A stretch of 64,000 nt of DNA. Source: Escherichia coli (GTDB lineage Bacteria; Pseudomonadota; Gammaproteobacteria; Enterobacterales; Enterobacteriaceae). The notes beneath the pieces are model-generated. The model was not told the DNA's origin and made no database searches. It was given only the letters and a program-made list of their open reading frames with translations. The DNA is taken from assembly GCF_024298765.1 (NCBI RefSeq), contig NZ_CP101210.1. One strand, given 5' to 3'. The translations under genes and the position numbers were made by a program. Position 1 is the stretch's first letter, and each line of letters starts with the position of its first letter. Positions 36,990 to 50,934 of this stretch are shown in pieces.

Positions 36990-37130
36990 AAAAGCTTGCC
37001 GGATGCGGCGTGAACGCCTTATCCGGCCTACCGACCCGCACCGATTGTAGGCATGATAAGACGCGCATGCGTCGCATCAGCGCACGAACGCCTGGTGCGG
37101 CACGAACGCCTTATCCGCCTGAAAACATTA
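36990..37130. repeat. REP/BIME palindromic repeats
   Basis: gccggatgcggcgtgaacgccttatccggcctac ... cggcacgaacgccttatccgcctg, several REP-like units between phoH and efeB. Confidence 0.65.
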
Positions 37131-38399
37131 AACCCGCAATAACGCGCTTCCGAGATAATCGTTCGTGTCCTTCACCCCCGGCAGCGCAAAAAAATAACCG
37201 CCGCCGATAGGTTTAACGTATTCCTCCAGCGCTTCGCCATTGAGCCTTTTTTGTACTGTCAGGAAGCCTTTTTCCAGATCGTGTTGATAGCAGACAAACA
37301 GTAGCCCCATATCCAGTTGTCCGGAGTTGGTGACGCCCAACGAATAACTGTAGCCACGACGCAGCATCAGACTTGACTCACTCTCTGGCGTGCGGGGATT
37401 CGCCAGCCGGATATGGCTGTCCAGCGCAATCACCTTCCCTTCCGGATCGCTGGCGTAATCGGGAACATCATGCTCATGCTGCATTCCCAGCGGCGCGCCG
37501 GTTTGCTTATCACGCCCAAATATCGTCTGCTGTTCTTTCAGCGGCGTTCTGTCCCAAAATTCCACCCGAAACTGAATCAACCGCACCGCCTGGTAGCTGC
37601 CGCCGATTGTCCACGCAGGCTCCTGCTGATCTGCCGTCACCCACACCACTTTTTGCATCAACTTATCATTCTGGCTATCGGGATTGGCAGTGCCGTCTTT
37701 GAAACCCAGCAAATTAATCGGCGTCTCTTTGCCTTTACTACGCGCCGCGTGATCGGAAATAAACCCTTCCCGCTTCCAGCGCACACTGAGCAAATCCGGC
37801 GTGTGTTTGATGATATCGCGCAGCGCATGGATCACCGTATCCTGGGTGTTGGCGCAAATTTGTAGCAACACATCACCATGACATAATGCTGCATCAAGCG
37901 AGTCGTTGGGGAAACGCGTCATCTTCTGCAACTTTTTCGGCATCTGTGGCGCAAGACCAAACCGTTCATCAAACAACGAGTGACCCACCGATAACGTGAT
38001 GGTGAGATTATCGGGCGCAATGTAGCCGCCAAGAATGCCGGAATCGAGTGGTGGCAGGCGCGGATTTGGCGTTTCTGGTGCCGCTCCGCCCTGAGTCAGA
38101 AAAGCAAAACGCTGAGTCAACAAGCGAAACAACCGTTCAAGATCGGCTTTATCGCTGGCAAGCACATCAAACGCCACCAGCATCATTGCAGCCTGTTGTG
38201 GTGTCAGGATCCCTGCCTGATGCTCACCATAAAACGGCTGTTTCTCATTGCGTGCATCCGGTGAAAGCGTACCCGGCGCACTTTGCGTTTTTTGTGCATG
38301 AGCGACCGGACAACTTCCCGCCAGCGCCAGTGCACCAATCCCTTTCAGTAAACGTCGGCGTGACGGTTCATTCACGCCGTTTTCATCTTTATACTGCAT
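37128..38399 (-). CDS. efeB: Dye-decolorising peroxidase EfeB (Tat-secreted, haem)
   Basis: 423 aa [35 protein letters not shown]... with a Tat-type twin-arginine signal. Confidence 0.93.
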   Translation of the reverse strand: MQYKDENGVNEPSRRRLLKGIGALALAGSCPVAHAQKTQSAPGTLSPDARNEKQPFYGEHQAGILTPQQAAMMLVAFDVLASDKADLERLFRLLTQRFAFLTQGGAAPETPNPRLPPLDSGILGGYIAPDNLTITLSVGHSLFDERFGLAPQMPKKLQKMTRFPNDSLDAALCHGDVLLQICANTQDTVIHALRDIIKHTPDLLSVRWKREGFISDHAARSKGKETPINLLGFKDGTANPDSQNDKLMQKVVWVTADQQEPAWTIGGSYQAVRLIQFRVEFWDRTPLKEQQTIFGRDKQTGAPLGMQHEHDVPDYASDPEGKVIALDSHIRLANPRTPESESSLMLRRGYSYSLGVTNSGQLDMGLLFVCYQHDLEKGFLTVQKRLNGEALEEYVKPIGGGYFFALPGVKDTNDYLGSALLRV

Positions 38400-38404
38400 A
38401 ACGT

Positions 38405-39532
38405 TTAATCCAGTCCCAGCACACCGCGAAGTTGCGCCAGATCTTCCGCCAGCGCAGTAATCGGTCCTTTCAGTGCATTCCGGTCGGCATCGGTCAATTT
38501 GTCGTAGGTTTCAAAACCGTCTTTAGTACGGTATTTCGCCAGAATGGTATCGACCTTTTTAAAGTTGGCATCGACTTTTGCCAACAGTTCCGGGTTGGCT
38601 TTTTGCAGTTGTGGACGCAGTAGATCGACAATTTTCTGCGAGCCTTCAACGTTAGCCTGGAAATCCCACAGATCGGTGTGGCTGTAGCGATCTTCTTCAC
38701 CGCTGATTTTGCTGGCTGCCACTTCCTCAATCAGTCCGGCTGCACCGCCGACCACTTTTGAAGGTGGGAAAGCCAGTTCACTGATGCGTTTTTGCAAATC
38801 GACCACATCGGTATAAAGCTGGTCAGCGTACTTATCCATTCCTTTGGTGGTGTTGTCGCCAAACAATGCTTTTTCCAGACGGTGGAAACCGGTGAATTTT
38901 GGATCGGCGGCTTTTTGCTCATAATCATCTTCACGGGCGTCAATGCTACCATCCAGATCGGAGAACAGTTCAGCAATCGGTTCAATGCGCTCATAGTGCT
39001 GGCGCGTCGGCGCATACAGTGCTTTTGCTTTTTCGATATCGCCTGCTTTAATAGCGTCGGTAAAGGCTTTGGTGTCGGCCACCAGCTGCGTGGTTTCCGC
39101 CATGACATACGCTTTATATGCAGTAATTGCACCACCAAGACTTAACAGCGCATCACTTTGCGCCGCATCCGCCGTTGCCTCACCTTTGACAATCAACTTC
39201 CCTTTCGGGTTAGTCAGCAGACCGCAGGTCATATCGTATTCGCCAGGCTGTAAATTCGCCGTCATTTTCTGGCTAAAGCCAGGGGCGATATTTTCTCGCT
39301 CTTCCACCACCATCACGCCTTTGAGGATCTCCCACTCCAGCGCCTTCTGGCTGTGGTTCTGAATAATGAACTGTGTTTTCCCGGCGTTAACCGTAATGGT
39401 CATCGGTTCGCACTGCTTATCCGTCACGGTGACTTTGACTTGCGGCACATCAGCGGCGTTAGCCATAAAAGCGGAAGAAAACAGCACAGCCACACTCAAC
39501 TGCAATGCGTTACGGCGGAAGTTAATGGTCAT
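38405..39532 (-). CDS. efeO: Periplasmic iron uptake protein EfeO
   Basis: 375 aa [43 protein letters not shown].... Confidence 0.93.
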   Translation of the reverse strand: MTINFRRNALQLSVAVLFSSAFMANAADVPQVKVTVTDKQCEPMTITVNAGKTQFIIQNHSQKALEWEILKGVMVVEERENIAPGFSQKMTANLQPGEYDMTCGLLTNPKGKLIVKGEATADAAQSDALLSLGGAITAYKAYVMAETTQLVADTKAFTDAIKAGDIEKAKALYAPTRQHYERIEPIAELFSDLDGSIDAREDDYEQKAADPKFTGFHRLEKALFGDNTTKGMDKYADQLYTDVVDLQKRISELAFPPSKVVGGAAGLIEEVAASKISGEEDRYSHTDLWDFQANVEGSQKIVDLLRPQLQKANPELLAKVDANFKKVDTILAKYRTKDGFETYDKLTDADRNALKGPITALAEDLAQLRGVLGLD

Positions 39533-39589
39533 GACGAGACTATCCCTTTAAAGTATGTTGTAACTAAGCAAGAGTTTGCGTCGTATTTG

Positions 39590-40420
39590 CTACGCAGAGC
39601 GAGACGCTGTCGCCCCTGCACGTGGTGGCAGGGCAAATGCCACCAGCGCCGGGATGAGATAAATAAACCAGACGGCGACTTCGCTGACACTTGGCGCTTC
39701 CTGATAGCCAAAAATCCCTTCCATCAGCGTGCCAAACAGCGAGTGAGTTGACAGCACCGCGCTCATATCGAAGGCGATTTCCTGAAAGTGGTTCCACAAT
39801 CCGGCTTCATGAAATGCGCGAATGGCACCAGCTGCCAGCCCAGCGGCGACGAAGAGAATAAACAGACTGGTCCATTTAAAAAATGCACCAAGATTGAGGC
39901 GAATACCGCCCCAGTAGAGCAGGAAGCCGAGCACCACGGCTGTAGCAAGACCGAGCATTGCACCCAGCGGCGGCCAGATCCCGACATCTTGTTGAAATGC
40001 CGCCAGCAGGAAAAAGACCGACTCCAGCCCTTCCCTTGCAACGGCAAAAAAGACCATCATCACCAGCGCCCAGCCATGATGATTTCCACGCTGCAATGCG
40101 CTATCGACTGCCTGTTCCAGTTGCACTTTGACGTTGCGCGACACTTTACGCATCCAGAAAACCATCCAGGTAAGGATCACCACGGCGATCACCGCCACGA
40201 TACCTTCAAACAGTTCCTGTTCTTTTTGCGGGAATTCGCCGGTGGTTTCGTTAATGAAGATACCCAAGCCCAGGCACAACGCAGCGGCAAGCAACACGCC
40301 AATCCACATCACACTAATCCATCGGCCTCGCTGGGTACGCTTAAGATAGCTGGCAATCAAACTGACAATCAGCGCGGCTTCAAGTCCTTCGCGCAACATA
40401 ATGAGAAACGGAACAAACAT
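39590..40420 (-). CDS. efeU: Ferrous iron permease EfeU (FTR1 family), intact
   Basis: ORF 39590..40429 (-); start MFVPFLIMLREGLEAALIVSLIAS...; two REGLE-type motifs (REGLEAA, REGLESV); uninterrupted frame of about 276 aa. Confidence 0.9.
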   Translation of the reverse strand: MFVPFLIMLREGLEAALIVSLIASYLKRTQRGRWISVMWIGVLLAAALCLGLGIFINETTGEFPQKEQELFEGIVAVIAVVILTWMVFWMRKVSRNVKVQLEQAVDSALQRGNHHGWALVMMVFFAVAREGLESVFFLLAAFQQDVGIWPPLGAMLGLATAVVLGFLLYWGGIRLNLGAFFKWTSLFILFVAAGLAAGAIRAFHEAGLWNHFQEIAFDMSAVLSTHSLFGTLMEGIFGYQEAPSVSEVAVWFIYLIPALVAFALPPRAGATASRSA

Positions 40421-40477
40421 GCCACCCACCCTTAAACGTTTTTCTGAGTCAATCTATGCAAAGAAAAGTAAATCGCA

Positions 40478-40497
40478 GTGATAGCGATTATCATTAC
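40478..40497. promoter_or_regulatory. Candidate Fur box in the efeU promoter region
   Basis: gtgatagcgattatcattac resembles the GATAATGATAATCATTATC Fur consensus, about 60-80 bp upstream of efeU. Confidence 0.4.
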
Positions 40498-41073
40498 GGC
40501 AAAGAAAAATACAAGCGGAATGTTTATAAAATGATGTTGGAATGTAAACAAAGAGAGGTAATGGCAGGGGATATAAACGATTATTCCAGGTACAAAGATG
40601 GGATTGTTTACAACGAGCCATGTGTTCTTGCCAGATGCCGCGTAAACGCCTTATCCAGCCGACAAAACTGTCCAGACTCAATGCATCAGAGCTTCCATGT
40701 AAAACTGATAAGCGGGTGTATCAAGCAATTTCGTCCATCCGCGATTATCAAATCTAACTTTTTGCCCGGAACATAATAACAGCTCGGGTGTTGGTGGCGT
40801 CAAAGTCGCTGAAGCGTTCCCCGAAGGCCGGGGCAGCCCACATGGATGTGGGCTGAGGGCGCGTCTTACAGGACATTACCTCGCGCCCGACCCGGTAGCC
40901 GAAGGGGATAAGCTGAAGGTACCGCGCAGCGGCGATTTTGTTCGCCAGAGCCCGGGGTGCAGGGGGTGGCGGCGATTGGCCGCCCCCTGCACCATTCAAT
41001 TTATATGGCGAGGCACATTAAGGGAGCGCAACCCGCTGCTGAAGCCAAACAAAACCGCCGCAGGCTAAGTCCC

Positions 41074-42582
<1,509 letters not shown>

Positions 42583-43004
42583 CTAAAGTCTCCAAAAAAT
42601 TATTATCGGCAATGTCGAAACTTGCCGTTATATCTGCCACCGGAACGGGGTAACAGAGTTTATGTTTTACCAGGGCGACCGTATCCTGCCGGAAGCGCTG
42701 GTTATTCACAATCGATTTAACACACCATTTACATTAAATTTTAGTGCTCAGCGACACTATTTTTCATCAGGTTGCACTCTCTCACATTTTTTGCGGTTGC
42801 ACCTTTCAAAAATGTTAACTGCCGCAGAGAAAAAGTCTGAGTTATTTTTTTAATCCCTGTCATATCGATTTCGTTTATTAACATTTCATTCATTTTTAAG
42901 CTTGCTACGCAGGTCACATTTAACACAGTTGCACAAAGTTGCAACATCATGGATATTTCACGATAACGTTAAGTTGCACCTTTCAGAACAACAGGAGTAA
43001 TGGC
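42583..43004. promoter_or_regulatory. Divergent putP/putA control region with PutA operator motifs
   Basis: Five GTTGCA motifs at 42771, 42796, 42928, 42938 and 42973 in an AT-rich intergenic region; GTTGCA is the known PutA recognition motif. Confidence 0.75.
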
Positions 43005-46000
43005 ATGGGAACCACCACCATGGGGGTTAAGCTGGACGACGCGACGCGTGAGCGTATTAAGTCTGCCGCGACACGTATCGATCGCACGCCACACTGGTTA
43101 ATTAAACAGGCGATTTTTTCTTATCTTGAACAACTGGAAAACAGCGATACTCTGCCGGAGCTACCTGCGCTGCTTTCTGGCGCTGCCAATGAGAGCGATG
43201 AAGCACCGACTCCGGCAGAGGAACCACACCAGCCTTTCCTCGACTTTGCCGAGCAAATTTTGCCCCAGTCGGTTTCCCGCGCCGCGATCACCGCTGCCTA
43301 TCGCCGTCCGGAAACCGAAGCGGTTTCGATGCTGCTGGAACAAGCTCGCCTGCCGCAGCCAGTTGCTGAACAGGCGCACAAACTGGCGTATCAACTGGCC
43401 GATAAACTGCGTAATCAAAAAAACGCCAGTGGTCGCGCAGGTATGGTTCAGGGGTTATTGCAGGAGTTTTCGTTGTCATCGCAGGAAGGCGTGGCGCTGA
43501 TGTGTCTGGCGGAAGCGTTGTTGCGTATTCCCGACAAAGCCACCCGTGATGCGTTAATTCGCGACAAAATCAGCAACGGTAACTGGCAGTCACACATTGG
43601 TCGTAGCCCGTCGTTGTTTGTTAATGCCGCCACCTGGGGGCTGCTGTTTACCGGCAAACTGGTTTCCACCCATAACGAAGCCAGCCTCTCCCGCTCGCTG
43701 AACCGCATTATCGGTAAGAGCGGTGAACCGCTGATCCGCAAAGGTGTGGATATGGCGATGCGCCTGATGGGCGAGCAGTTCGTCACTGGCGAAACCATCG
43801 CAGAAGCGTTAGCCAATGCCCGCAAGCTGGAAGAAAAAGGTTTCCGTTACTCTTACGATATGCTGGGCGAAGCTGCACTGACCGCCGCAGATGCACAGGC
43901 GTATATGGTTTCCTATCAGCAGGCGATTCACGCCATTGGTAAAGCGTCTAACGGTCGTGGCATCTATGAAGGTCCGGGCATTTCAATCAAGCTGTCGGCG
44001 CTGCATCCGCGTTACAGCCGCGCCCAGTATGACCGGGTAATGGAAGAGCTTTACCCGCGTCTGAAATCACTCACCCTGCTGGCGCGTCAGTACGATATTG
44101 GTATTAACATCGATGCCGAAGAGGCCGATCGTCTGGAGATCTCCCTCGATCTGCTGGAAAAACTCTGTTTCGAGCCGGAACTGGCAGGCTGGAACGGCAT
44201 CGGTTTTGTTATTCAGGCTTATCAAAAACGCTGCCCACTGGTGATTGATTACCTGATTGATCTCGCCACCCGCAGCCGTCGCCGTCTGATGATTCGCCTG
44301 GTGAAAGGCGCGTACTGGGATAGTGAAATCAAGCGCGCGCAGATGGACGGCCTTGAAGGTTATCCGGTTTATACCCGCAAGGTGTATACCGACGTTTCAT
44401 ATCTCGCCTGTGCGAAAAAGCTGCTGGCGGTGCCGAATCTAATCTACCCGCAGTTCGCAACGCATAACGCCCATACGCTGGCGGCAATTTATCAACTGGC
44501 GGGTCAGAACTACTACCCGGGTCAGTACGAGTTCCAGTGCCTGCACGGTATGGGCGAGCCACTGTATGAGCAGGTCACCGGGAAAGTTGCCGACGGCAAA
44601 CTTAACCGTCCGTGTCGTATTTATGCTCCTGTCGGTACCCATGAAACGCTGCTGGCGTATCTGGTGCGTCGCCTGCTGGAAAACGGTGCTAACACCTCGT
44701 TTGTTAACCGTATTGCTGACACCTCTTTGCCACTGGATGAACTGGTTGCCGATCCGGTCACTGCTGTAGAAAAACTGGCGCAACAGGAAGGGCAAACTGG
44801 ATTACCGCATCCGAAAATTCCCCTGCCGCGCGATCTTTACGGTGACGGGCGCGACAACTCGGCAGGGCTGGATCTCGCCAATGAACACCGGCTGGCCTCG
44901 CTCTCTTCTGCCCTGCTCAATAGTGCACTGCAAAAATGGCAGGCCTTGCCAATGCTGGAACAATCGGTCGCGGCTGGTGAGATGTCGCCCGTTATTAACC
45001 CTGCGGAACCGAAAGATATTGTGGGCTTTGTGCGTGAAGCCACGCCGCGTGAAGTAGAACAGGCGCTGGAAAGTGCGGTTAATAACGCGCCAATCTGGTT
45101 TGCCACTCCTCCGGCTGAACGCGCGGCGATTTTGCATCGCGCTGCTGTGCTGATGGAAAGCCAGATGCAGCAACTGATTGGTATTCTGGTGCGTGAGGCC
45201 GGAAAAACCTTCAGTAACGCCATTGCCGAAGTGCGCGAAGCGGTCGATTTTCTCCACTACTACGCCGGACAGGTGCGGGATGATTTCGCTAACGAAACCC
45301 ACCGTCCATTAGGGCCTGTGGTATGTATCAGTCCGTGGAACTTCCCGCTGGCGATTTTCACCGGGCAGATCGCTGCCGCACTGGCGGCAGGTAACAGCGT
45401 ACTGGCAAAACCGGCAGAACAAACGCCGCTGATTGCCGCGCAAGGGATCGCCATTTTGCTGGAAGCGGGTGTACCGCCAGGCGTGGTGCAATTGCTGCCA
45501 GGTCGGGGTGAAACCGTGGGCGCGCAACTGACGGGTGATGAACGCGTGCGCGGGGTGATGTTTACCGGTTCAACCGAAGTCGCTACGTTACTGCAGCGCA
45601 ATATCGCCAGCCGCCTGGACGCTCAGGGTCGCCCTATTCCGCTCATCGCTGAAACCGGCGGTATGAACGCGATGATTGTCGATTCTTCAGCACTGACCGA
45701 ACAGGTCGTCGTGGATGTACTGGCCTCGGCGTTCGACAGTGCAGGCCAACGTTGTTCGGCGCTGCGCGTGCTGTGTTTACAAGATGAAATTGCCGACCAC
45801 ACGTTGAAAATGCTGCGCGGCGCAATGGCCGAATGCCGGATGGGTAATCCGGGTCGCCTGACCACCGATATCGGTCCGGTGATTGATAGCGAAGCGAAAG
45901 CCAATATTGAGCGTCATATTCAGACTATGCGTAGTAAAGGCCGTCCGGTGTTCCAGGCGGTGCGGGAAAACAGTGAAGATGCCCGTGAATGGCAAAGCGG

Positions 46001-46967
46001 CACCTTTGTCGCCCCGACGCTGATCGAACTGGATAACTTTGCCGAATTGCAAAAGGAGGTCTTTGGTCCGGTGCTGCATGTGGTGCGTTATAACCGTAAC
46101 CAGCTGCCGGAACTGATCGAGCAGATTAACGCTTCCGGCTATGGTCTGACGCTTGGCGTTCATACGCGTATTGATGAAACCATCGCCCAGGTCACTGGCT
46201 CGGCCCATGTCGGTAACCTGTACGTTAACCGTAATATGGTGGGCGCAGTGGTCGGGGTGCAGCCATTCGGCGGCGAAGGGTTGTCCGGCACCGGGCCGAA
46301 AGCAGGCGGTCCGCTCTATCTCTACCGTCTGCTGGCGAATCGCCCGGAAAGTGCACTGGCAGTGACGCTCGCGCGTCAGGATGCAGAGTATCCGGTGGAT
46401 GCGCAGTTGAAAGCCGCATTGATCCAGCCGCTAAATGCACTGCGGGAATGGGCGGCAAACCGTCCAGAATTGCAGGCGTTATGTACGCAATATGGCGAGC
46501 TGGCGCAGGCAGGAACACAGCGATTGCTGCCAGGGCCGACGGGTGAACGCAACACCTGGACGCTGCTGCCGCGTGAGCGCGTGTTGTGTATTGCGGATGA
46601 TGAACAGGATGCGCTGACTCAGCTCGCCGCCGTGCTGGCGGTGGGCAGCCAGGTACTGTGGCCGGATGACGCGCTGCATCGTCAGTTAGTGAAGGCATTG
46701 CCATCGGCAGTCAGCGAACGTATTCAACTGGCGAAAGCGGAAAATATAACCGCTCAACCGTTTGATGCGGTGATCTTCCACGGTGATTCGGATCAGCTTC
46801 GCGCATTGTGTGAAGCAGTTGCCGCGCGGGATGGCGCAATTGTTTCGGTGCAGGGTTTTGCCCGTGGCGAAAGCAATATCCTTCTGGAACGGCTGTATAT
46901 CGAGCGTTCGCTGAGTGTGAATACCGCTGCTGCTGGCGGTAACGCCAGTTTAATGACGATCGGTTAA
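43005..46967 (+). CDS. putA: Bifunctional proline dehydrogenase / P5C dehydrogenase and repressor PutA
   Basis: Internal ATG of ORF 42939..46967 gives MGTTTMGVKLDDATRERIKSAATRIDRTPHWLIKQAIFSYLEQLE... (ribbon-helix-helix N-terminus); 1320 aa. Confidence 0.95.
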   Translation: MGTTTMGVKLDDATRERIKSAATRIDRTPHWLIKQAIFSYLEQLENSDTLPELPALLSGAANESDEAPTPAEEPHQPFLDFAEQILPQSVSRAAITAAYRRPETEAVSMLLEQARLPQPVAEQAHKLAYQLADKLRNQKNASGRAGMVQGLLQEFSLSSQEGVALMCLAEALLRIPDKATRDALIRDKISNGNWQSHIGRSPSLFVNAATWGLLFTGKLVSTHNEASLSRSLNRIIGKSGEPLIRKGVDMAMRLMGEQFVTGETIAEALANARKLEEKGFRYSYDMLGEAALTAADAQAYMVSYQQAIHAIGKASNGRGIYEGPGISIKLSALHPRYSRAQYDRVMEELYPRLKSLTLLARQYDIGINIDAEEADRLEISLDLLEKLCFEPELAGWNGIGFVIQAYQKRCPLVIDYLIDLATRSRRRLMIRLVKGAYWDSEIKRAQMDGLEGYPVYTRKVYTDVSYLACAKKLLAVPNLIYPQFATHNAHTLAAIYQLAGQNYYPGQYEFQCLHGMGEPLYEQVTGKVADGKLNRPCRIYAPVGTHETLLAYLVRRLLENGANTSFVNRIADTSLPLDELVADPVTAVEKLAQQEGQTGLPHPKIPLPRDLYGDGRDNSAGLDLANEHRLASLSSALLNSALQKWQALPMLEQSVAAGEMSPVINPAEPKDIVGFVREATPREVEQALESAVNNAPIWFATPPAERAAILHRAAVLMESQMQQLIGILVREAGKTFSNAIAEVREAVDFLHYYAGQVRDDFANETHRPLGPVVCISPWNFPLAIFTGQIAAALAAGNSVLAKPAEQTPLIAAQGIAILLEAGVPPGVVQLLPGRGETVGAQLTGDERVRGVMFTGSTEVATLLQRNIASRLDAQGRPIPLIAETGGMNAMIVDSSALTEQVVVDVLASAFDSAGQRCSALRVLCLQDEIADHTLKMLRGAMAECRMGNPGRLTTDIGPVIDSEAKANIERHIQTMRSKGRPVFQAVRENSEDAREWQSGTFVAPTLIELDNFAELQKEVFGPVLHVVRYNRNQLPELIEQINASGYGLTLGVHTRIDETIAQVTGSAHVGNLYVNRNMVGAVVGVQPFGGEGLSGTGPKAGGPLYLYRLLANRPESALAVTLARQDAEYPVDAQLKAALIQPLNALREWAANRPELQALCTQYGELAQAGTQRLLPGPTGERNTWTLLPRERVLCIADDEQDALTQLAAVLAVGSQVLWPDDALHRQLVKALPSAVSERIQLAKAENITAQPFDAVIFHGDSDQLRALCEAVAARDGAIVSVQGFARGESNILLERLYIERSLSVNTAAAGGNASLMTIG

Positions 46968-47006
46968 ACAGGTAGCCGGAGGATGTTACAACCTCCTCCG
47001 GCATCT

Positions 47007-47645
47007 TTAACGTGGTCGAATCCCCTCAATAATTATCCGCTGCACGTTTTCAACCGTTTGATTGAAAAACACCTCATCGCGCAACGTCGCGCCTGTCACC
47101 GCCTCCACCTGAGGGGCAAAATCGGCGTAATGTTGAGTGGAAGCCCAAATCATAAAAATCAAATGCTGCGGGTCAATCGGCGCGAGTTTGCCGCTTTTGA
47201 CCCAACCGGCAATCAGCGCCGATTTCTCATCAATTAATGCCTTCAAATCGCCCGTCAGTTCATCCATTAACAGCGGTGCACCTGCCAGCATCTCCATACA
47301 GAACAGGCGCGAAGCCTGCGGATAATCGCGTGAGACTTCCAGCTTCAGACGGATGTACTCTTTGATCGCCGCCAGCGGGGCGAAATCTTCACGAAACGCT
47401 TTTAACGGTGCCAGCCAGATATCGAGAATCTGCCGCAGTACGGCTATATACAGCGCCTCTTTTGACGGAAAGTAATACAGCAGATTGGTTTTTGAAACAC
47501 CCGCCAACTCCGCGATCTGCTCCAGCCTTGTGCCGTGAAAACCGAATTGTGAAAAAGTGTCCAGTGCTGCGCTAAGAATCGCTTTTTTCTTCGCGCTTAC
47601 TGCGCGCGAACGCTTACCCGTTGTTTTCACTGCGCCTTGCGTCAT
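47007..47645 (-). CDS. rutR: TetR-family regulator RutR
   Basis: ORF 47007..47672 (-); start MTQGAVKTTGKRSRAVSAKKKAILSAALDTFSQFGFHGTRLEQIAELAGVSKTNLLYYF... (TetR HTH); 212 aa. Confidence 0.92.
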   Translation of the reverse strand: MTQGAVKTTGKRSRAVSAKKKAILSAALDTFSQFGFHGTRLEQIAELAGVSKTNLLYYFPSKEALYIAVLRQILDIWLAPLKAFREDFAPLAAIKEYIRLKLEVSRDYPQASRLFCMEMLAGAPLLMDELTGDLKALIDEKSALIAGWVKSGKLAPIDPQHLIFMIWASTQHYADFAPQVEAVTGATLRDEVFFNQTVENVQRIIIEGIRPR

Positions 47646-47831
47646 GCGCTCTCCCCTCTTGTTGATTGGCAACAGGATAGCAAAACCCCCGCCCGGCCTC
47701 GACCTTCTGCACTCTCATCGCGCACGAATGCATGTTTTATGTGCAACTGTTTTGACCGTTTAGTCCACTTTTTTTCAGGCATTTTAGACAACTTAACATT
47801 AACACATTAATAACATTCACTTTTTAAAAAC

Positions 47832-47847
47832 TGGCATCCGCTTTGCA
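47832..47847 (+). promoter_or_regulatory. Sigma54 (-24/-12) promoter of the rut operon
   Basis: TGGCATCCGCTTTGCA matches TGGCAC-N5-TTGCA with the GG and GC elements at the correct spacing, about 30 bp upstream of rutA. Confidence 0.7.
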
Positions 47848-47875
47848 AACAAGCCATTACGCGGCTGAAAAGGAT

Positions 47876-49716
<1,841 letters not shown>

Positions 49717-49727
49717 GGAGTTTAACG

Positions 49728-50114
49728 ATGCCAAAATCCGTAATTATTCCTGCTGGCAGCAGCGCACCGCTGGCCCCCTTCGTTCCCGGCACGCTGGCTG
49801 ATGGCGTGGTGTATGTCTCCGGTACGCTGGCTTTTGATCAACATAACAACGTGCTGTTTGCCGATGACCCAAAGGCGCAAACCCGCCACGTTCTGGAAAC
49901 CATCCGCAAGGTCATCGAGACGGCGGGTGGCACGATGGCGGATGTGACCTTCAACAGCATCTTTATTACCGACTGGAAAAATTACGCCGCGATTAACGAA
50001 ATCTACGCCGAGTTTTTCCCGGGTGACAAACCGGCGCGATTCTGCATTCAGTGCGGACTGGTAAAACCTGACGCGCTGGTGGAAATCGCCACAATTGCGC
50101 ATATCGCCAAGTGA
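49728..50114 (+). CDS. rutC: RutC (RidA/YjgF family)
   Basis: 128 aa [37 protein letters not shown].... Confidence 0.92.
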
Positions 50115-50121
50115 GGCCGCG

Positions 50122-50934
50122 ATGAAACTTTCACTCTCACCTCCCCCTTATGCTGATGCGCCCGTAGTGGTGTTGATTTCGGGTCTTGGCGGTAGCGGCA
50201 GTTACTGGTTACCGCAACTGGCGGTGCTGGATCAGGAGTATCAGGTAGTCTGTTACGACCAGCGCGGCACCGGCAATAATCCCGACACGCTGGCAGAAGA
50301 TTACAGTATCGCCCAGATGGCAGCGGAACTGCATCAGGCGCTGGTAGCCGCAGGGATTGAGCGTTACGCGGTGGTCGGCCATGCGCTCGGTGCGCTGGTG
50401 GGAATGCAGCTGGCGCTGGATTATCCCGCGTCGGTAACTGTGCTGGTCAGCGTTAACGGCTGGCTACGAATAAACGCCCATACGCGCCGCTGTTTTCAGG
50501 TTCGCGAACAGTTACTACATAGCGGCGGCGCGCAGGCATGGGTGGAAGCGCAGCCGTTGTTCCTCTATCCCGCCGACTGGATGGCGGCCCGCGCACCTCG
50601 CCTTGAGGCAGAAGACGCGCTGGCACTGGCGCATTTTCAAGGCAAAAATAATTTACTGCGTCGACTTAACGCCCTCAAACGCGCTGACTTTAGTCACCAT
50701 GCGGATCGTATCCGCTGCCCGGTGCAAATCATCTGCGCCAGTGATGATCTGCTGGTGCCAACAGCATGTTCCAGTGAACTTCATGCCGCCCTGCCCGATA
50801 GCCAGAAAATGGTGATGCGCTATGGCGGACACGCCTGCAACGTGACCGATCCCGAAACGTTTAATGCTCTGTTACTCAACGGGCTTGCCAGCCTGTTACA
50901 TCACCGTGAAGCCGCCTGTAAGGAATTGCTATGA
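50122..50934 (+). CDS. rutD: RutD (alpha/beta hydrolase)
   Basis: ATG at 50122 gives [29 protein letters not shown]... with GHALGA nucleophile elbow. Confidence 0.9.
   Translation: MKLSLSPPPYADAPVVVLISGLGGSGSYWLPQLAVLDQEYQVVCYDQRGTGNNPDTLAEDYSIAQMAAELHQALVAAGIERYAVVGHALGALVGMQLALDYPASVTVLVSVNGWLRINAHTRRCFQVREQLLHSGGAQAWVEAQPLFLYPADWMAARAPRLEAEDALALAHFQGKNNLLRRLNALKRADFSHHADRIRCPVQIICASDDLLVPTACSSELHAALPDSQKMVMRYGGHACNVTDPETFNALLLNGLASLLHHREAACKELL

Noticed and set aside
40754-40999. 81 aa minus-strand ORF across the GC-rich palindromic block between putP and efeU
   Set aside because: Gly/Pro/Ala-rich translation driven by GC-rich palindromes; more likely a structured or repetitive DNA element than a gene. 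The DNA itself is reported as a finding.
44802-45302. 166 aa antisense ORF within putA, with several similar ORFs across 43100-46700
   Set aside because: All lie within the long high-GC putA coding region; Arg/Ala-rich translations typical of spurious antisense frames.
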